Source: Oligoflexia bacterium
GTDB lineage: Bacteria; Bdellovibrionota; UBA1018
DNA: 64,000 bases
Reading direction: 5' to 3'
Assembly (NCBI GenBank): GCA_963758495.1
Contig: CAVWVI010000003.1
Location: forward strand, 96,001-160,000
This document shows, piece after piece, positions 8,776 to 19,586 of the stretch. Numbering within the stretch: the stretch's first letter is position 1; each line of letters begins with the position of its first letter. A program made the position numbers and the translations under genes. The notes below the pieces were generated by a model. That model did not search any database. It saw only the letters and a list, made by a program, of their open reading frames with translations, and was not told the DNA's origin.

Positions 8776-10650
8776 TTAAACAATTCTCTCGTGGCGTTTC
8801 ACGCTACGGAAGTTTTGAGATAATACTTTCTTACGCAGACGAATGGACTTAGGAGTGACTTCAATCCACTCATCTTCATCAATCCATTCAATACATTGCT
8901 CAAGGGACATCTTACGAATTCCTGAAAGAGTGACAAGCACTTCTGCATGAGCTGCACGAACATTGGTGAGCTTCTTTTCTTTACAAGGATTCACGTTTAA
9001 GTCGTTTTCCTTGCTATGCTCTCCAATAATCATTCCTTCATAGACAGGCACGCCTGGACCAAAAAAGAGAGTTCCTCGCTCTTCCAAAGTTAAAAGCGCG
9101 TATTCAATGGTATCCCCGGTTCGATCTGAGATGAGCGAACCACTGGTTCTATGAGGAAGATCGCCTTTGTGTGGGCCATAGCCTAATAGAAGAGTGCTGA
9201 AAAGGCCTTCTCCACGAGTCACCGTCAAGTAGCGCGAACGCATCCCTAAAAGGCCTCGGGTAGGAATATCAAATTCCAATCTGACGCGATGACTTCCGTG
9301 TCCAGAACCCCCTTCATACTTGGACAAAATTCCTTTTCGGGATTGAAACATATTCGTTACATCACCGACGGCAAACTCTGGAAGATCAAGAACGGCTCGT
9401 TCCATGGGTTCCATTCGTTCACCAGACTCATCGGTCTTGTAAAGAACGGTGGGCTTACCCACCATAAACTCAAAATTTTCACGTCTCATTTGCTCAATCA
9501 AAATCGCAAACTGAAGTTCGCCACGACCTAACACTCGAAATTGGTCATTAGTCGCAGTTTCTTCTAAACGTAATGCCACATTATTTCGTACTTCCCTGAC
9601 CAGACGATCTCTCAGCTTTCTGGACTGGATCGCCTCTCCTTCTTTTCCAGAAAGAGGTGACGTATTCACTGAGAAAACCATCCCTAAGGTAGGTTTTTCG
9701 ACATAAATTCGAGGAAGAGCTTCTTGAGATTCATTTCCGACGAGAGTATCGCCGATTTCGACTTTCTCATTTCCAGCAATCACGCCAATATCGCCTGCAA
9801 CCACTTCGTTGACTTCAACTTGTTTCAGTCCTTCATAGGTAAACACTTGTGTCACCGTGAAGGTTTCATTCCGAGGATTTCCAAGTTCATCAATCCCTTT
9901 TCGAGTCACTCTTTGATTCTTCTTTACTGAACCTGAAGTGAGTCGTCCAATGGACAGTCTTCCTACATAGTCAGAGTAAGACAAATTGGAAACCAACATT
10001 TGATATCCATCATCCGTGCTCTTTACGGGTGGAGGGGGGATATCTTTTAAAATTTCATCAAAAAGCGGCTTCAATGTTTGCTTCTGAGCACCAGACAAAA
10101 GATCCGGAAGCTCTTTGAAATCGGTAGTACACCATCCCTGTCTCGCACATGCGTACACAATAGGGAAATTAGCCTGAACTTCTGATGCACCTAAATCAAT
10201 AAATAAATCAAAAGCCTGATTCACGACTTCTTCTGTTCGTGCGTCTGGGCGGTCTACTTTATTAATCACTAAAATGACCTTAAGGCCTTGTGATAATGCC
10301 TTTTGAAGCACAAAGCGAGTTTGAGGCAAGGGACCTTCAGCCGCATCTACCAAGAGAAGAGCGCCGTCCACCATTCCCATGATTCGTTCGACTTCACCAC
10401 CAAAGTCAGCGTGGCCGGGAGTATCGACAATATTGATTTTCGTATTGCCTACTTTCACAGAAGTATTCTTAGATAAAATGGTAATTCCACGCTCACGTTC
10501 AAGATCCATCGAGTCCATCACTCGTTCTTCAAGGACTTGATGTTGCTTGAAGGTACCTGCTTGGCGGAGTAAAAAATCCACTAACGTGGTTTTTCCATGG
10601 TCAACGTGTGCAATGATACAAATATTCCGAAGTTCATTAGTTTCTGACAT
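8776..10650 (-). CDS. typA: Translational GTPase TypA/BipA
   Basis: [48 protein letters not shown]. Confidence 0.97.
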   Translation of the reverse strand: MSETNELRNICIIAHVDHGKTTLVDFLLRQAGTFKQHQVLEERVMDSMDLERERGITILSKNTSVKVGNTKINIVDTPGHADFGGEVERIMGMVDGALLLVDAAEGPLPQTRFVLQKALSQGLKVILVINKVDRPDARTEEVVNQAFDLFIDLGASEVQANFPIVYACARQGWCTTDFKELPDLLSGAQKQTLKPLFDEILKDIPPPPVKSTDDGYQMLVSNLSYSDYVGRLSIGRLTSGSVKKNQRVTRKGIDELGNPRNETFTVTQVFTYEGLKQVEVNEVVAGDIGVIAGNEKVEIGDTLVGNESQEALPRIYVEKPTLGMVFSVNTSPLSGKEGEAIQSRKLRDRLVREVRNNVALRLEETATNDQFRVLGRGELQFAILIEQMRRENFEFMVGKPTVLYKTDESGERMEPMERAVLDLPEFAVGDVTNMFQSRKGILSKYEGGSGHGSHRVRLEFDIPTRGLLGMRSRYLTVTRGEGLFSTLLLGYGPHKGDLPHRTSGSLISDRTGDTIEYALLTLEERGTLFFGPGVPVYEGMIIGEHSKENDLNVNPCKEKKLTNVRAAHAEVLVTLSGIRKMSLEQCIEWIDEDEWIEVTPKSIRLRKKVLSQNFRSVKRHERIV

Positions 10651-10663
10651 AAAACACTACTTT

Positions 10664-12052
10664 CTAAGCTCCTTTGATCGCTGTGACTAACGACTCACAG
10701 GTACTCTTGGCATCACCGAACACCAAAGAGCAATTGGAGTAATAGAAAAGCGCATTATCGACACCGGCATAGCCGGCTTTCATGGACCGTTTGCTGACAA
10801 AAATATGCTTTGCTTTATAAACATCTAAGATAGGCATACCATAAAGAGGACTTGATTTATCACTCTTTGCTGCTGGATTGACGACGTCATTCGCGCCAAT
10901 GATCAGCCCTACATCCGTAGAGGAAAATTCATTATTAATTTCTTCCATTTCAAAAACACAATCGTACGGGATATCAGATTCTGCAAGAAGGACATTCATA
11001 TGTCCGGGCATACGCCCTGCCACGGGGTGAATGGCAAACTTCACTTCAACCCCTTTTTCCGTAAGAACTTCATAAAGCTCTTTAATCGCATGCTGCGCTT
11101 GGGCTACAGCCATTCCATAACCGGGAATAATGATGACTTTAGATGCGTTTTCAAGCATGAACGCCACATCTTCGGGAGAAGCCGATTTAACACCTTTCCC
11201 TGCCGCTTGCGTTGCCACTGCAGCAACCTGGTCACTTCCCGCCCCCCCAAAAATGACACTCAAGATGGATCGATTCATAGCTTTACACATGATATATGAA
11301 AGAATCGCACCACTACTCCCTACCAATGCACCCGTTGCGATCAAGAGCTGATTTCCTAGAATAAAACCAGTGGCTGATGCCGCCCAGCCCGAGTAGGAGT
11401 TCAACATTGATACGACTACAGGCATATCAGCGCCCCCAATCGGCAAGACTAAGAGGAATCCCAACACAAGAGCAATGACAGTGATGGCAATAAAGGAAAC
11501 AAAATCATTTGCCATTACAAAATGAATACCCAGACCTGTCATAGAGAGTGCCAAAATCAAATTGAGCAAATGCTGACCCGGAAAAATCAAAGGGTTAGAC
11601 TTAAGAATTTCCTGAAGCTTTCCAAATGCCACTAAAGATCCGGTAAAAGTAATCGCTCCAATGACACTGCCCACAGCCAACTCCACCATCGCGACTGTCG
11701 TCAGTTGTCCATTTTGATTATGAGAGAGGTAGGTCCCTATCGCGACAAGAACAGCAGAAAGGCCTACAAAACTATGTAAAGCGGCTACGAGTTGAGGCAT
11801 AGCGGTCATACTAATTCTGAGGGCAAGCACAACGCCCACAATAGCCCCTAAGCCAAGTCCAGAAATGACCCAAGTGTAATTTTTAACCTCAGGGTTCGCC
11901 AATGTAACGACGATGGCAAGACCCATCCCAATCATTGCCGACAGATTCCCACGCAGGGCTGTCTTAGGTGAACTTAAACCCTTGAGTCCATATATAAATA
12001 GGATCGTGGCCACTAAGTAAGCAAATGCAAAAAAATCTGGGTGAATTTCCAT
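10664..12052 (-). CDS. pntB: NAD(P) transhydrogenase subunit beta
   Basis: IGGADMPVV, PGYGMAVAQAQ, HPVAGRMPGHMNVLLAE. Confidence 0.97.
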   Translation of the reverse strand: MEIHPDFFAFAYLVATILFIYGLKGLSSPKTALRGNLSAMIGMGLAIVVTLANPEVKNYTWVISGLGLGAIVGVVLALRISMTAMPQLVAALHSFVGLSAVLVAIGTYLSHNQNGQLTTVAMVELAVGSVIGAITFTGSLVAFGKLQEILKSNPLIFPGQHLLNLILALSMTGLGIHFVMANDFVSFIAITVIALVLGFLLVLPIGGADMPVVVSMLNSYSGWAASATGFILGNQLLIATGALVGSSGAILSYIMCKAMNRSILSVIFGGAGSDQVAAVATQAAGKGVKSASPEDVAFMLENASKVIIIPGYGMAVAQAQHAIKELYEVLTEKGVEVKFAIHPVAGRMPGHMNVLLAESDIPYDCVFEMEEINNEFSSTDVGLIIGANDVVNPAAKSDKSSPLYGMPILDVYKAKHIFVSKRSMKAGYAGVDNALFYYSNCSLVFGDAKSTCESLVTAIKGA

Positions 12053-12061
12053 AATCTCTCT

Positions 12062-12349
12062 CTACTTTTTCTTTTTAAACATCGCTAACATTCGGTTCGT
12101 AACAACAAAGCCGCCAAAAATATTAATAGAGGCGAGAAATACTGCAAAAAAACCAATTCCGCTGATCCAATCCAAGCTCCCTACGTTCGCTCCCGCCACT
12201 AAAATAGCACCTACTACTACGATTGCACTAATCGCATTCGTAACCGCCATTAAGGGTGTATGAAGTGCAGGGGTGACGCCCCAAATGACGTGGTATCCTA
12301 CGAAACAGGACAGAACGAAAACATAAATTGCTGTCATTGTCGGTGACAT
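12062..12349 (-). CDS. pntAb: NAD(P) transhydrogenase alpha subunit, membrane part 2
   Basis: [26 protein letters not shown]. Confidence 0.95.
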   Translation of the reverse strand: MSPTMTAIYVFVLSCFVGYHVIWGVTPALHTPLMAVTNAISAIVVVGAILVAGANVGSLDWISGIGFFAVFLASINIFGGFVVTNRMLAMFKKKK

Positions 12350-12384
12350 ATTTTTCCTCTATTTCATTTCACTTAAAAATCGCT

Positions 12385-13503
12385 TCATGCCCGTTTTAAC
12401 CGAATATCCCCTGAATGCGTGACCAGAGCTGCAGCAATAATATCATCTTCTAAGTTAATATTTAAACTTAATTTACCCTCTTTAACTTCAATCAAAATAC
12501 TCAAAAGAGAAATTAAATTATTACCGTAAAATCCACTCGCATCCGTCGCCATCATGGATGGATAATTCATAAATCCCACCAGTGAAACTCCGTGTTTAAC
12601 TACCAACCGATCGGCTTCACTCAGGGGACAATTTCCACCACTTCCGGCTGCCATATCTATAATCACCGAACCCGCTCTCATCCCTTTGACCGCTTCTTCA
12701 CTAATCAAAACAGGAGCTTTTCGACCTGGGATATTTGCAGTTGAAATGACGACATCACATTTTTTAATTTTTTCTGTCAGGAGAGCGAGTTGCTTTTTCT
12801 TAGCTTCCTCGGACAACTCCTTAGCATATCCACCCTGGCCAGATCCCTCTTCGCCTAGATCTAATTCAAGAAACTTAGCTCCAAGAGACTGGATTTGCTC
12901 TTTCACTTCAGGCCGAACATCGTAGGCTTCAATGGATGCACCCAATCGCTTTGCGGTAGCAATCGCCTGCAAGCCGGCCACACCTGCGCCGAGAACCAAT
13001 ACTTTGACGGGTTTTGAAGAACCAGCGGAGGTCATCATTAAGGGGAAAAACCGACTGTAACGCGTGGCTGCTTCAAGAACCGCTCGATACCCTGCAATAT
13101 TAGCTTGAGAGGATAAAGCATCCATGGACTGTGCTCGAGATGTCCTAGGGATGAGTTCCATTCCGATTGCCTCAATCCCTGCCTGAGCCAGTTTCTCAAT
13201 CGTACCATCCTTCTTATAGGGCTCAATAAAAGAGACTAACAGACTCCCCTTTTTCATATGAGCTATTTCATCTGGAGTGGGTGGATGGATCTTTAAAACG
13301 ATTTCAGCTGAAAAGGCAGTCCGCGTGTCTACTAGCTCAACACCTTCCATTGTATATAGATCATCTGGAAAGCCAGCCCTGACGCCGCATGAACGTTCTA
13401 CTAAGACTTTAAATCCCTTTTTACAAAGTTTCTTAAGAGTATCAGGAGTTAGAGCAACCCGAGCCTCATCTGGACGTATTTCTTTAGGAAGTCCTATGAT
13501 CAT
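12385..13503 (-). CDS. pntAa: NAD(P) transhydrogenase alpha subunit, soluble part 1
   Basis: RAQSMDALSSQANIAGYRAV, GAGVAGLQA, GGYAKE; start taken at MIIGLPKE. Confidence 0.95.
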   Translation of the reverse strand: MIIGLPKEIRPDEARVALTPDTLKKLCKKGFKVLVERSCGVRAGFPDDLYTMEGVELVDTRTAFSAEIVLKIHPPTPDEIAHMKKGSLLVSFIEPYKKDGTIEKLAQAGIEAIGMELIPRTSRAQSMDALSSQANIAGYRAVLEAATRYSRFFPLMMTSAGSSKPVKVLVLGAGVAGLQAIATAKRLGASIEAYDVRPEVKEQIQSLGAKFLELDLGEEGSGQGGYAKELSEEAKKKQLALLTEKIKKCDVVISTANIPGRKAPVLISEEAVKGMRAGSVIIDMAAGSGGNCPLSEADRLVVKHGVSLVGFMNYPSMMATDASGFYGNNLISLLSILIEVKEGKLSLNINLEDDIIAAALVTHSGDIRLKRA

Positions 13504-13574
13504 ATGCACAATTCTCACGGTTATGGTTATTAGAAAGCCTATATACCTGATTAGAGCAGTTTCTCCTACTGGTT

Positions 13575-14729
13575 TTATGCCACATTCTTATTTCTCATGA
13601 TCTGCTCCCGATACCACTGAGGAGGAGCAAATTTCTCTTTGGGAAAGGGTAATCGATTGAGCTCAATCTCATGAAAAAAGCTAGGAATGTAGCCCGTCGC
13701 AATAAATTCTCCTACAATTTTTCCCTCTGCCGACTTACCCCTTTGAACAAATTTAAAAATATCCTCTATTTTATATCGACCAGAATCATCAATTTCTGGA
13801 ATCACTTCGGTAATATTGGTTACTTTTCTAGTACCATCATACATTCTTTTAATTTGAACTACCAAGTGAACAGCAGAAGCAATTTGCCGTCGAATAGCAG
13901 CTACTGGAACCTGGGTATCTCCCATCATAGCTAATGTCTCCAGACGAACCAAGCCGTCGTATGGGGTATTTGCATGGGTTGTTCCCATGGAGCCGCCATG
14001 GCCTGTATTCATCGCTGTAATCAAATCTAAGGCTTCGGGGCCTCGAACTTCCCCTACCACAATCCGATCAGGACGCAGCCTGAGAGCAGATTTAATTAAA
14101 TCACGAATCGAAACTTGCCCCTTGCCTGATGGATCCGCATGCTTCGTTTCAAAAAAAACGACGTGTTCTGTATTAATTTTCAATTCTGACGAGTCTTCAA
14201 TGATTAATAACCGTTGGGACCCAGGGATTCTAGACCCTAAAACATTGAGTAAAGTGGTCTTACCAGACCCAGTTCCCCCAGAAATGATAATATTTTTAGC
14301 TAGATAGATGCACACATCCAAAAATCTTGCACCATCTTTGGAAATTGACCCACGATTCAGAAGATCTACGAAAGTGGGATTCCCTTTTGAAAACTTACGT
14401 ATCGACAAAGTAGTCCCTTTTCGAGAGCAAGGGGGCAGAACAGCCGCCACACGACTCCCATCTGGAAGACGAGCATCTAAAATGGGATTATCTTCATCAA
14501 TTCTCCGACCGACAAATTGAGCAATATTTCGAACAGCCGCCTGGAGTGCCTGCTCATCTTTGAACTGGGCAGGTGTTTTCTCCAAAAGACCTCGACGTTC
14601 TACAAAAACCTCATTAGGTCCGTTCACTAAAACTTCAGAAACAGCATCGTCTGCCAAGTACTCCTTGAGCGGGCTGAGAAAACTTCCTACTGAGTCCTCA
14701 AAAACACCCACTCTAAGAGTTCTCCCCAC
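13575..14729 (-). CDS. cpaF: CpaF/TadA pilus assembly ATPase
   Basis: DARLPDGSR, GGTGSGKTT, LRLRPDRIVVGEVRG, AMNTGH; true start may be GTG 14711. Confidence 0.92.
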   Translation of the reverse strand: MGRTLRVGVFEDSVGSFLSPLKEYLADDAVSEVLVNGPNEVFVERRGLLEKTPAQFKDEQALQAAVRNIAQFVGRRIDEDNPILDARLPDGSRVAAVLPPCSRKGTTLSIRKFSKGNPTFVDLLNRGSISKDGARFLDVCIYLAKNIIISGGTGSGKTTLLNVLGSRIPGSQRLLIIEDSSELKINTEHVVFFETKHADPSGKGQVSIRDLIKSALRLRPDRIVVGEVRGPEALDLITAMNTGHGGSMGTTHANTPYDGLVRLETLAMMGDTQVPVAAIRRQIASAVHLVVQIKRMYDGTRKVTNITEVIPEIDDSGRYKIEDIFKFVQRGKSAEGKIVGEFIATGYIPSFFHEIELNRLPFPKEKFAPPQWYREQIMRNKNVA

Positions 14730-14747
14730 TCATGACGTTCTTGCCTC

Positions 14748-15356
14748 TCACTGCTTCACCAACAAAGTGCCTTCCATTCCAGTTACCGGGCAATAAAAAC
14801 GGAATTGCCCTGGAGTGGATGGAGTAAAAAGAATTTCTTCAATTTTCTGAGGATGAACTTTCTTACGAATTTGAAAAGAGTCCATCATGAAGCAAAGGGA
14901 TTTTTTCGAAACAGCCGTTACAAAAAGCCTCACTGGAATATCGCGAGTCACAAAAAGAGTTTTCGGAAAAAATCCAAGATCTCCAACAATCAAGGAGACT
15001 TCTTGAACTCCAGTCCGACCAATAGCGCTTGGAGTAGGATTCTGGTTGGCCGCCGAATTCGGCATTTTATCATTCTGCACTTCAGACTGGACTACCGGAT
15101 TCGCCTGTATTTCAGCAGTCTTCTGATTATACTCTAGACCTGCAGGATACCTATTTCCGGCCCTGAGTCCTATCGAATCTTGATTGGCGCCAAAATGCGA
15201 CTCCGGAAACTCTTCTTCTATAGGCGTAATAGAAAGAGGAGGAGACATCCTCGATGAATCTAAGATAATCCCTGCAATGACTTGAGTAGTCATTAAAAAG
15301 ACCGTTATAACCGTAATTAATATCAAGACTTTATGTACCCGGCTGAATCTTTCCAT
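14748..15356 (-). CDS. Membrane-anchored cupredoxin-domain protein
   Basis: N-terminal TM; C-terminal FTPSTPGQFRFYCPVTGMEGTL; start taken at MERF after gaagga. Confidence 0.65.
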   Translation of the reverse strand: MERFSRVHKVLILITVITVFLMTTQVIAGIILDSSRMSPPLSITPIEEEFPESHFGANQDSIGLRAGNRYPAGLEYNQKTAEIQANPVVQSEVQNDKMPNSAANQNPTPSAIGRTGVQEVSLIVGDLGFFPKTLFVTRDIPVRLFVTAVSKKSLCFMMDSFQIRKKVHPQKIEEILFTPSTPGQFRFYCPVTGMEGTLLVKQ

Positions 15357-15466
15357 AGAATCGCCTCCTTCACACTTTCTTTTCGGGAGGAAGGAGGGAA
15401 AACTGTAGTTAAAATAACCCAAATACAAAATAACCCAAATACAAATAATAATCCAAACTTGCTGGA

Positions 15467-15775
15467 CTACTGGGCGTGGCTCTTCAGTTTTTCCTGCATT
15501 TCAAGTTTCAAGTGTTTGGAATAGGTACCTGCCAAATCACGAAGTTCAAGCGTCTCTGCCTTTTCTTCAAGTACTTTAAATAAAATTTGGCCCTGTACCA
15601 TCATCTTTAGCGTTAAATACCCAACTGCGGTTCTTTCTTCTTGAAATCGAACCATTTCTTCCAAAAGCTCAAGCTTGTCCATCTTAAGCACCCTACCCTG
15701 ATAGGTAAGATCCTCTTCTCTAGTTGCTCTTGCTTCACGAACTTCCTGTAATACTATTACTTTATTTGTATTCAT
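15467..15775 (-). CDS. Hypothetical helical protein
   Basis: ORF; the track's TTG start (15796) lies in the sigma54 -12 box, so ATG 15775 is preferred. Confidence 0.65.
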   Translation of the reverse strand: MNTNKVIVLQEVREARATREEDLTYQGRVLKMDKLELLEEMVRFQEERTAVGYLTLKMMVQGQILFKVLEEKAETLELRDLAGTYSKHLKLEMQEKLKSHAQ

Positions 15776-15791
15776 TCTGGTGCGAGCAGAA

Positions 15792-15808
15792 AGCAATTAG
15801 GGTGCCAA
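15792..15808 (-). promoter_or_regulatory. Sigma54 (-24/-12) promoter
   Basis: Minus strand TTGGCACCCTAATTGCT matches TGGCAC-N5-TTGCW. Confidence 0.8.
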
Positions 15809-15917
15809 CCCTACTAATAATTTATAAGTTATTAATATTTAATAACTTATTATTCTGGTCTCTAAAATATTTTAGACTTTTTCTTATTCAGACTGATTAA
15901 GTTTATATAAATCGTCA

Positions 15918-15957
15918 ATTTTATGAGCATTTTCACGTCTATTTTATGAGCATTTTC
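15918..15957. repeat. 17-bp direct repeat x2, possible upstream activator sites
   Basis: attttatgagcattttc at 15918 and 15941, 110-150 bp upstream of the sigma54 promoter. Confidence 0.6.
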
Positions 15958-15987
15958 TCAACGAATTGGCTCGCAATAACGATAATG

Positions 15988-16917
15988 TTACAAAACTTCA
16001 ATGGGCTGACTTGGATCATTCATTCGCTCCAAAGTGGCTTCCCTTACCTCTTTCGTAATGACTTCTGGGTCAAATTTTTCTGCTGGATGCAATAAAAAAC
16101 CCTTCGCATTAAACGCAGCCAATACTTCACGATCCAAATATCTAAGCATTTTGCGAAGCGAAACCCTTGCGGTGGGATACCTACGAATGAGTTTTTCGTA
16201 AAATTCTTTTACACTTTTTACTGGGCCATTTTTCTTTTGAAAAGGAATCGGATTGTCATTAAATTCTTTTACTTCCTGAATCAACTTAGAATCAGCATTC
16301 TTAATCGACATGCCTGCACTCGGAATCATTGGAATTAAGGGAACTTCAAAAAACTCATTTTCTGAAAACAAGAAAGAAGGAGCTAACCTTTCTGTCTCGC
16401 CTTGCTCCTCTCTCTGGATTGCAGCCCAGACCTTAAAGTCAAGATATCGCCGAGGAGCACCTTCTTGAGTGACTAGGCCATCTGACAATAATGCATCTAT
16501 TAAGGAGAATCTGCTTTTATCCAGAGCTTTACAAAAGCCATTGTCGACTCCATTTTTATTTAAATCGTCTAAAATGGTCATCATTTCAGCTAGCGTCAGC
16601 TTTGCAGCAGAATCTCTCTCGATATATTTTTTATAGAACCCCGCCAAGACAACTATTGCATGATTCTGCTTTTTAACCGAATTAGAATTTCCATTCACAC
16701 TAGTTGCTGCTCTAAGGAGCTGAATTTCATACCTTCTTTGCTCCATATCCAGACTAGAGATAGCCCCAGTAACCCATCCTGCAATAGGAACTCCTACATA
16801 TAGAGCTATCTTTTCCACATATTTTTTTTGAAGATAATCTGAGCACATCTTACCAGCAAATGCTGGTGTTGAAAAAGAACAAAGGAGCACAATTGTAAGT
16901 ATACGAATTGATTTCAT
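15988..16917 (-). CDS. Secreted hypothetical protein
   Basis: Signal peptide ending PAFA; internal ~30-aa repeat. Confidence 0.75.
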   Translation of the reverse strand: MKSIRILTIVLLCSFSTPAFAGKMCSDYLQKKYVEKIALYVGVPIAGWVTGAISSLDMEQRRYEIQLLRAATSVNGNSNSVKKQNHAIVVLAGFYKKYIERDSAAKLTLAEMMTILDDLNKNGVDNGFCKALDKSRFSLIDALLSDGLVTQEGAPRRYLDFKVWAAIQREEQGETERLAPSFLFSENEFFEVPLIPMIPSAGMSIKNADSKLIQEVKEFNDNPIPFQKKNGPVKSVKEFYEKLIRRYPTARVSLRKMLRYLDREVLAAFNAKGFLLHPAEKFDPEVITKEVREATLERMNDPSQPIEVL

Positions 16918-17089
16918 CTCTATTGATCCCCTTGTCTCTCTTGAGAATACCAGCCCCCTATCAACACGTCGATAAGTGAACGGACACGGAGATTGCCACC
17001 CTATGGGTTCTGAGTCAAGATGTTTTTTAAATTACAGTAAAATATTATATAAAAATACACTCGCAACTATGAGGATTTTTTTAGATTCT

Positions 17090-18148
17090 TTAATATGTTT
17101 TTGATTGTATATCCAGTAATTTCTCAAGTTCTTCTAATGTCGGTTGGCCCCGAAGATCTAGACCTTTGTATCCTCTTTTACGTTTCATGTCTCTCAGGTC
17201 GTCAAGCACCGAAATGATCTTGTCCTTTCCCTTTTGAGTAATGGGTTTTCCAAATAACTCAAGTTTGTCCTCAGAAAATAGGGGCCAGTTGCTTTGAAGA
17301 GAATTCATTAAATAAAGTGCGAGAACTTTATAAACAGGCATTTCTAGCATTTCCGCAATTCTCTGAATCGCCTGCTCATCAGGCATAAAACCGACTTTAG
17401 CATAAATGAGACCTGTATAAGATTTATCACTTTGTAGAGAAAGCGTCATCTCCCGGAACTCGATATTGGAATGATCTAAAAACTGAGTCATTTCTCTCAT
17501 TGCTTCAGTGCCGTAGCCTCTTCCCTGTGAAGAGGGCTGAATTGAGACTTCTCTGATATAGAGCTCTTTATAAGCCTGATCTTTGCTGAAACCTTCTTGA
17601 ATGACAATATGACCGAGAGTTGGAGTTGAAGGAGTCGTTTTATCTTTAATTTTTAAAGTAAACTCCCGAGTCAAGTACCCAGTAGGAGGCTCAAAATTAT
17701 GGGATACTGAGATTTGGAGTTGAAGTTTGATTTTTTGAATATATGGACTCGCTCTACTCTTCTCTCCCACTAAATAGGCAATATTAACGCCATTTTTAAG
17801 ATGGATTGATTTAAAATTTCCATCTGTATAATCATTTTTAACTCGGTTGATCTCTTGTTTCTCCAGGCCGAACTGCTGAAGTTTGGCTTCATCTAACTGG
17901 GTTAGAGGGTATTCATACTTCACTGTCTCATCAAGTATGAGAAAGTTTGAGTCCTTTAAACCCTCAAGGGCGCGAACAAAAGCCCTATGACTTAGAAAGT
18001 TGAGTGGGGACGAACTGACAAGATTAGAGGACGCTGCTGCATCGCCTTTTTCATTCTTCCTGTCCACTCCTGGAAATGCGGATAGAGAAAAAAGGAATAA
18101 AAAAAATACGAGCTTTCGCCGTCGAAGTAGAACTTGAAAGAAGTTCAT
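17090..18148 (-). CDS. Secreted GNAT-fold acetyltransferase-domain protein
   Basis: N-terminal RRRK plus hydrophobic segment; acetyl-CoA motif VSIQPSSQGRGYGT and IYAKVGF. Confidence 0.7.
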   Translation of the reverse strand: MNFFQVLLRRRKLVFFLFLFSLSAFPGVDRKNEKGDAAASSNLVSSSPLNFLSHRAFVRALEGLKDSNFLILDETVKYEYPLTQLDEAKLQQFGLEKQEINRVKNDYTDGNFKSIHLKNGVNIAYLVGEKSRASPYIQKIKLQLQISVSHNFEPPTGYLTREFTLKIKDKTTPSTPTLGHIVIQEGFSKDQAYKELYIREVSIQPSSQGRGYGTEAMREMTQFLDHSNIEFREMTLSLQSDKSYTGLIYAKVGFMPDEQAIQRIAEMLEMPVYKVLALYLMNSLQSNWPLFSEDKLELFGKPITQKGKDKIISVLDDLRDMKRKRGYKGLDLRGQPTLEELEKLLDIQSKTY

Positions 18149-18219
18149 TAAAAAAATAATGACTTTTTTTAATCCGTTTGTAAAGGATACTTGATGATCA
18201 CACAGGTCTGCATAAATTT

Positions 18220-19586
18220 ATTGTGCGCCGTCCACACAGGATGATTTCCTCCTATTACGTCGATGCTCCAGCTAAGGACCGAGGATAAAATACTTGATCT
18301 TCATGAAACAAGGTCCACTCTCGATTCAGGTGGATTTGTGCTAAAGTCCTTTTGATGTCAAAAAATTCATAAAACTCCAGGGCCCTCTTGGTTAAGCCCA
18401 GTCTCATAGCTGGAGTGTTATGGTTAGACTTTGGATCTTTCTTATGAGGCTTTACAAATTGAGGCCGAAAGAAATTTTTCCACACCATGAAGAGGACGTA
18501 CTTTCCAACCATTCGAGCGTGGTTTTTTGCAAAGCAGATGGTTTCCCGACTGAACGCTCCCATATGCTGACGAATTAAGAGATCCGCGTGATTTACACTG
18601 AATAGACAGTTTTGATAATTCCGCGTCTGCTTAGAAGATACCGTAACTTGATGGATTTTAAGATCCTTCAAATCGCGTTCAACAGCTCTACGATATTGAA
18701 AATGTTCGTCCGAATAAATCACCAAGGGCTGAGCTAGATCCGCTCTTCTTTCATAGAGGCGAGAGAAGATCTCCACCGTGCTAATTCGAATGGCTTTTGG
18801 CGGGTAACGCCCCTCTTTTTCTTCCGTCAACCGTCGGACTTGCTTTTGCCTTGGAGACATCCTTCCTTTTCGATTAAGTGGCACGAAGTTAAAGTCATAA
18901 ATAAACAAAGACTCCTTGCCGATAGCTTGTTGGATTTGATTCGGATCATACTGACTTTTAGCAAACGCTTCGAGGCCATCATAAACGAGGGGTTCGCTGA
19001 TCTTCAACGCCTGGGTGCGCTCTGTTTGTTTTATCAGCGCCCACTGAACCAATTTTCTCACTCTGAGGCGGATGAGATGTTCGGAAGTCTCCAGCCTTCT
19101 TGCGATTTCTCGATTGGACACTCCACACGTCATATAACTGAAAATCTTGCAGTTTAAGCCAGGTTTTTTCTCGCGAAAATCGAGCTTAAAATAAGTATAC
19201 CGAAAATTTCTATTACAGGAACGACATCGAAATTGGCGAACCCGGTAAGGATAGCAACGAGTTTTAGCCCAACCATTTGACCAGAAAAAAGAATTGAAAT
19301 TCTTCTCATTGGAGGGAAGATGAAACTTGCACATTTCATTTGGGCAATAGGGTGGCTGGAAACACTTTTGTCTCAGAATAAAAGGATCTTCTTGCATAGA
19401 AAGCACTGAATGCAGATCTTCAGCCTTTGCCCGACCCTAAGCAGTCACAAATTCGTATTTAAATTCAATCCCTTCGACCTCACCCTAACAGAAGCAACCG
19501 ATCCGAATATCTTGCACAGCGCTCGAAATCTGGACCGAACCCCCTCAAGGAGGGCTCGATCTTTTCCTTTGTGTGCGGCGCACAAT
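18220..19586 (-). mobile_element. Putative IS1-like insertion sequence
   Basis: Imperfect terminal inverted repeats attgtgcgccgtccacacagga / tcctttgtgtgcggcgcacaat (11-bp perfect core) flank a transposase. Confidence 0.65.
18255..19406 (-). CDS. Transposase, IS1-like (Zn ribbon, HTH, DDE-type core)
   Basis: CPNEMC...FRCRSC, VSNREIARRL HTH, YDGLEAF, YSDEH, C-terminal TPAMRLGL. Confidence 0.75.
   Translation of the reverse strand: MLSMQEDPFILRQKCFQPPYCPNEMCKFHLPSNEKNFNSFFWSNGWAKTRCYPYRVRQFRCRSCNRNFRYTYFKLDFREKKPGLNCKIFSYMTCGVSNREIARRLETSEHLIRLRVRKLVQWALIKQTERTQALKISEPLVYDGLEAFAKSQYDPNQIQQAIGKESLFIYDFNFVPLNRKGRMSPRQKQVRRLTEEKEGRYPPKAIRISTVEIFSRLYERRADLAQPLVIYSDEHFQYRRAVERDLKDLKIHQVTVSSKQTRNYQNCLFSVNHADLLIRQHMGAFSRETICFAKNHARMVGKYVLFMVWKNFFRPQFVKPHKKDPKSNHNTPAMRLGLTKRALEFYEFFDIKRTLAQIHLNREWTLFHEDQVFYPRSLAGAST

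Noticed and set aside
10664..13503. Split pntA as a pseudogene
   Set aside because: The three-gene pntAa/pntAb/pntB arrangement is a well-known natural form.
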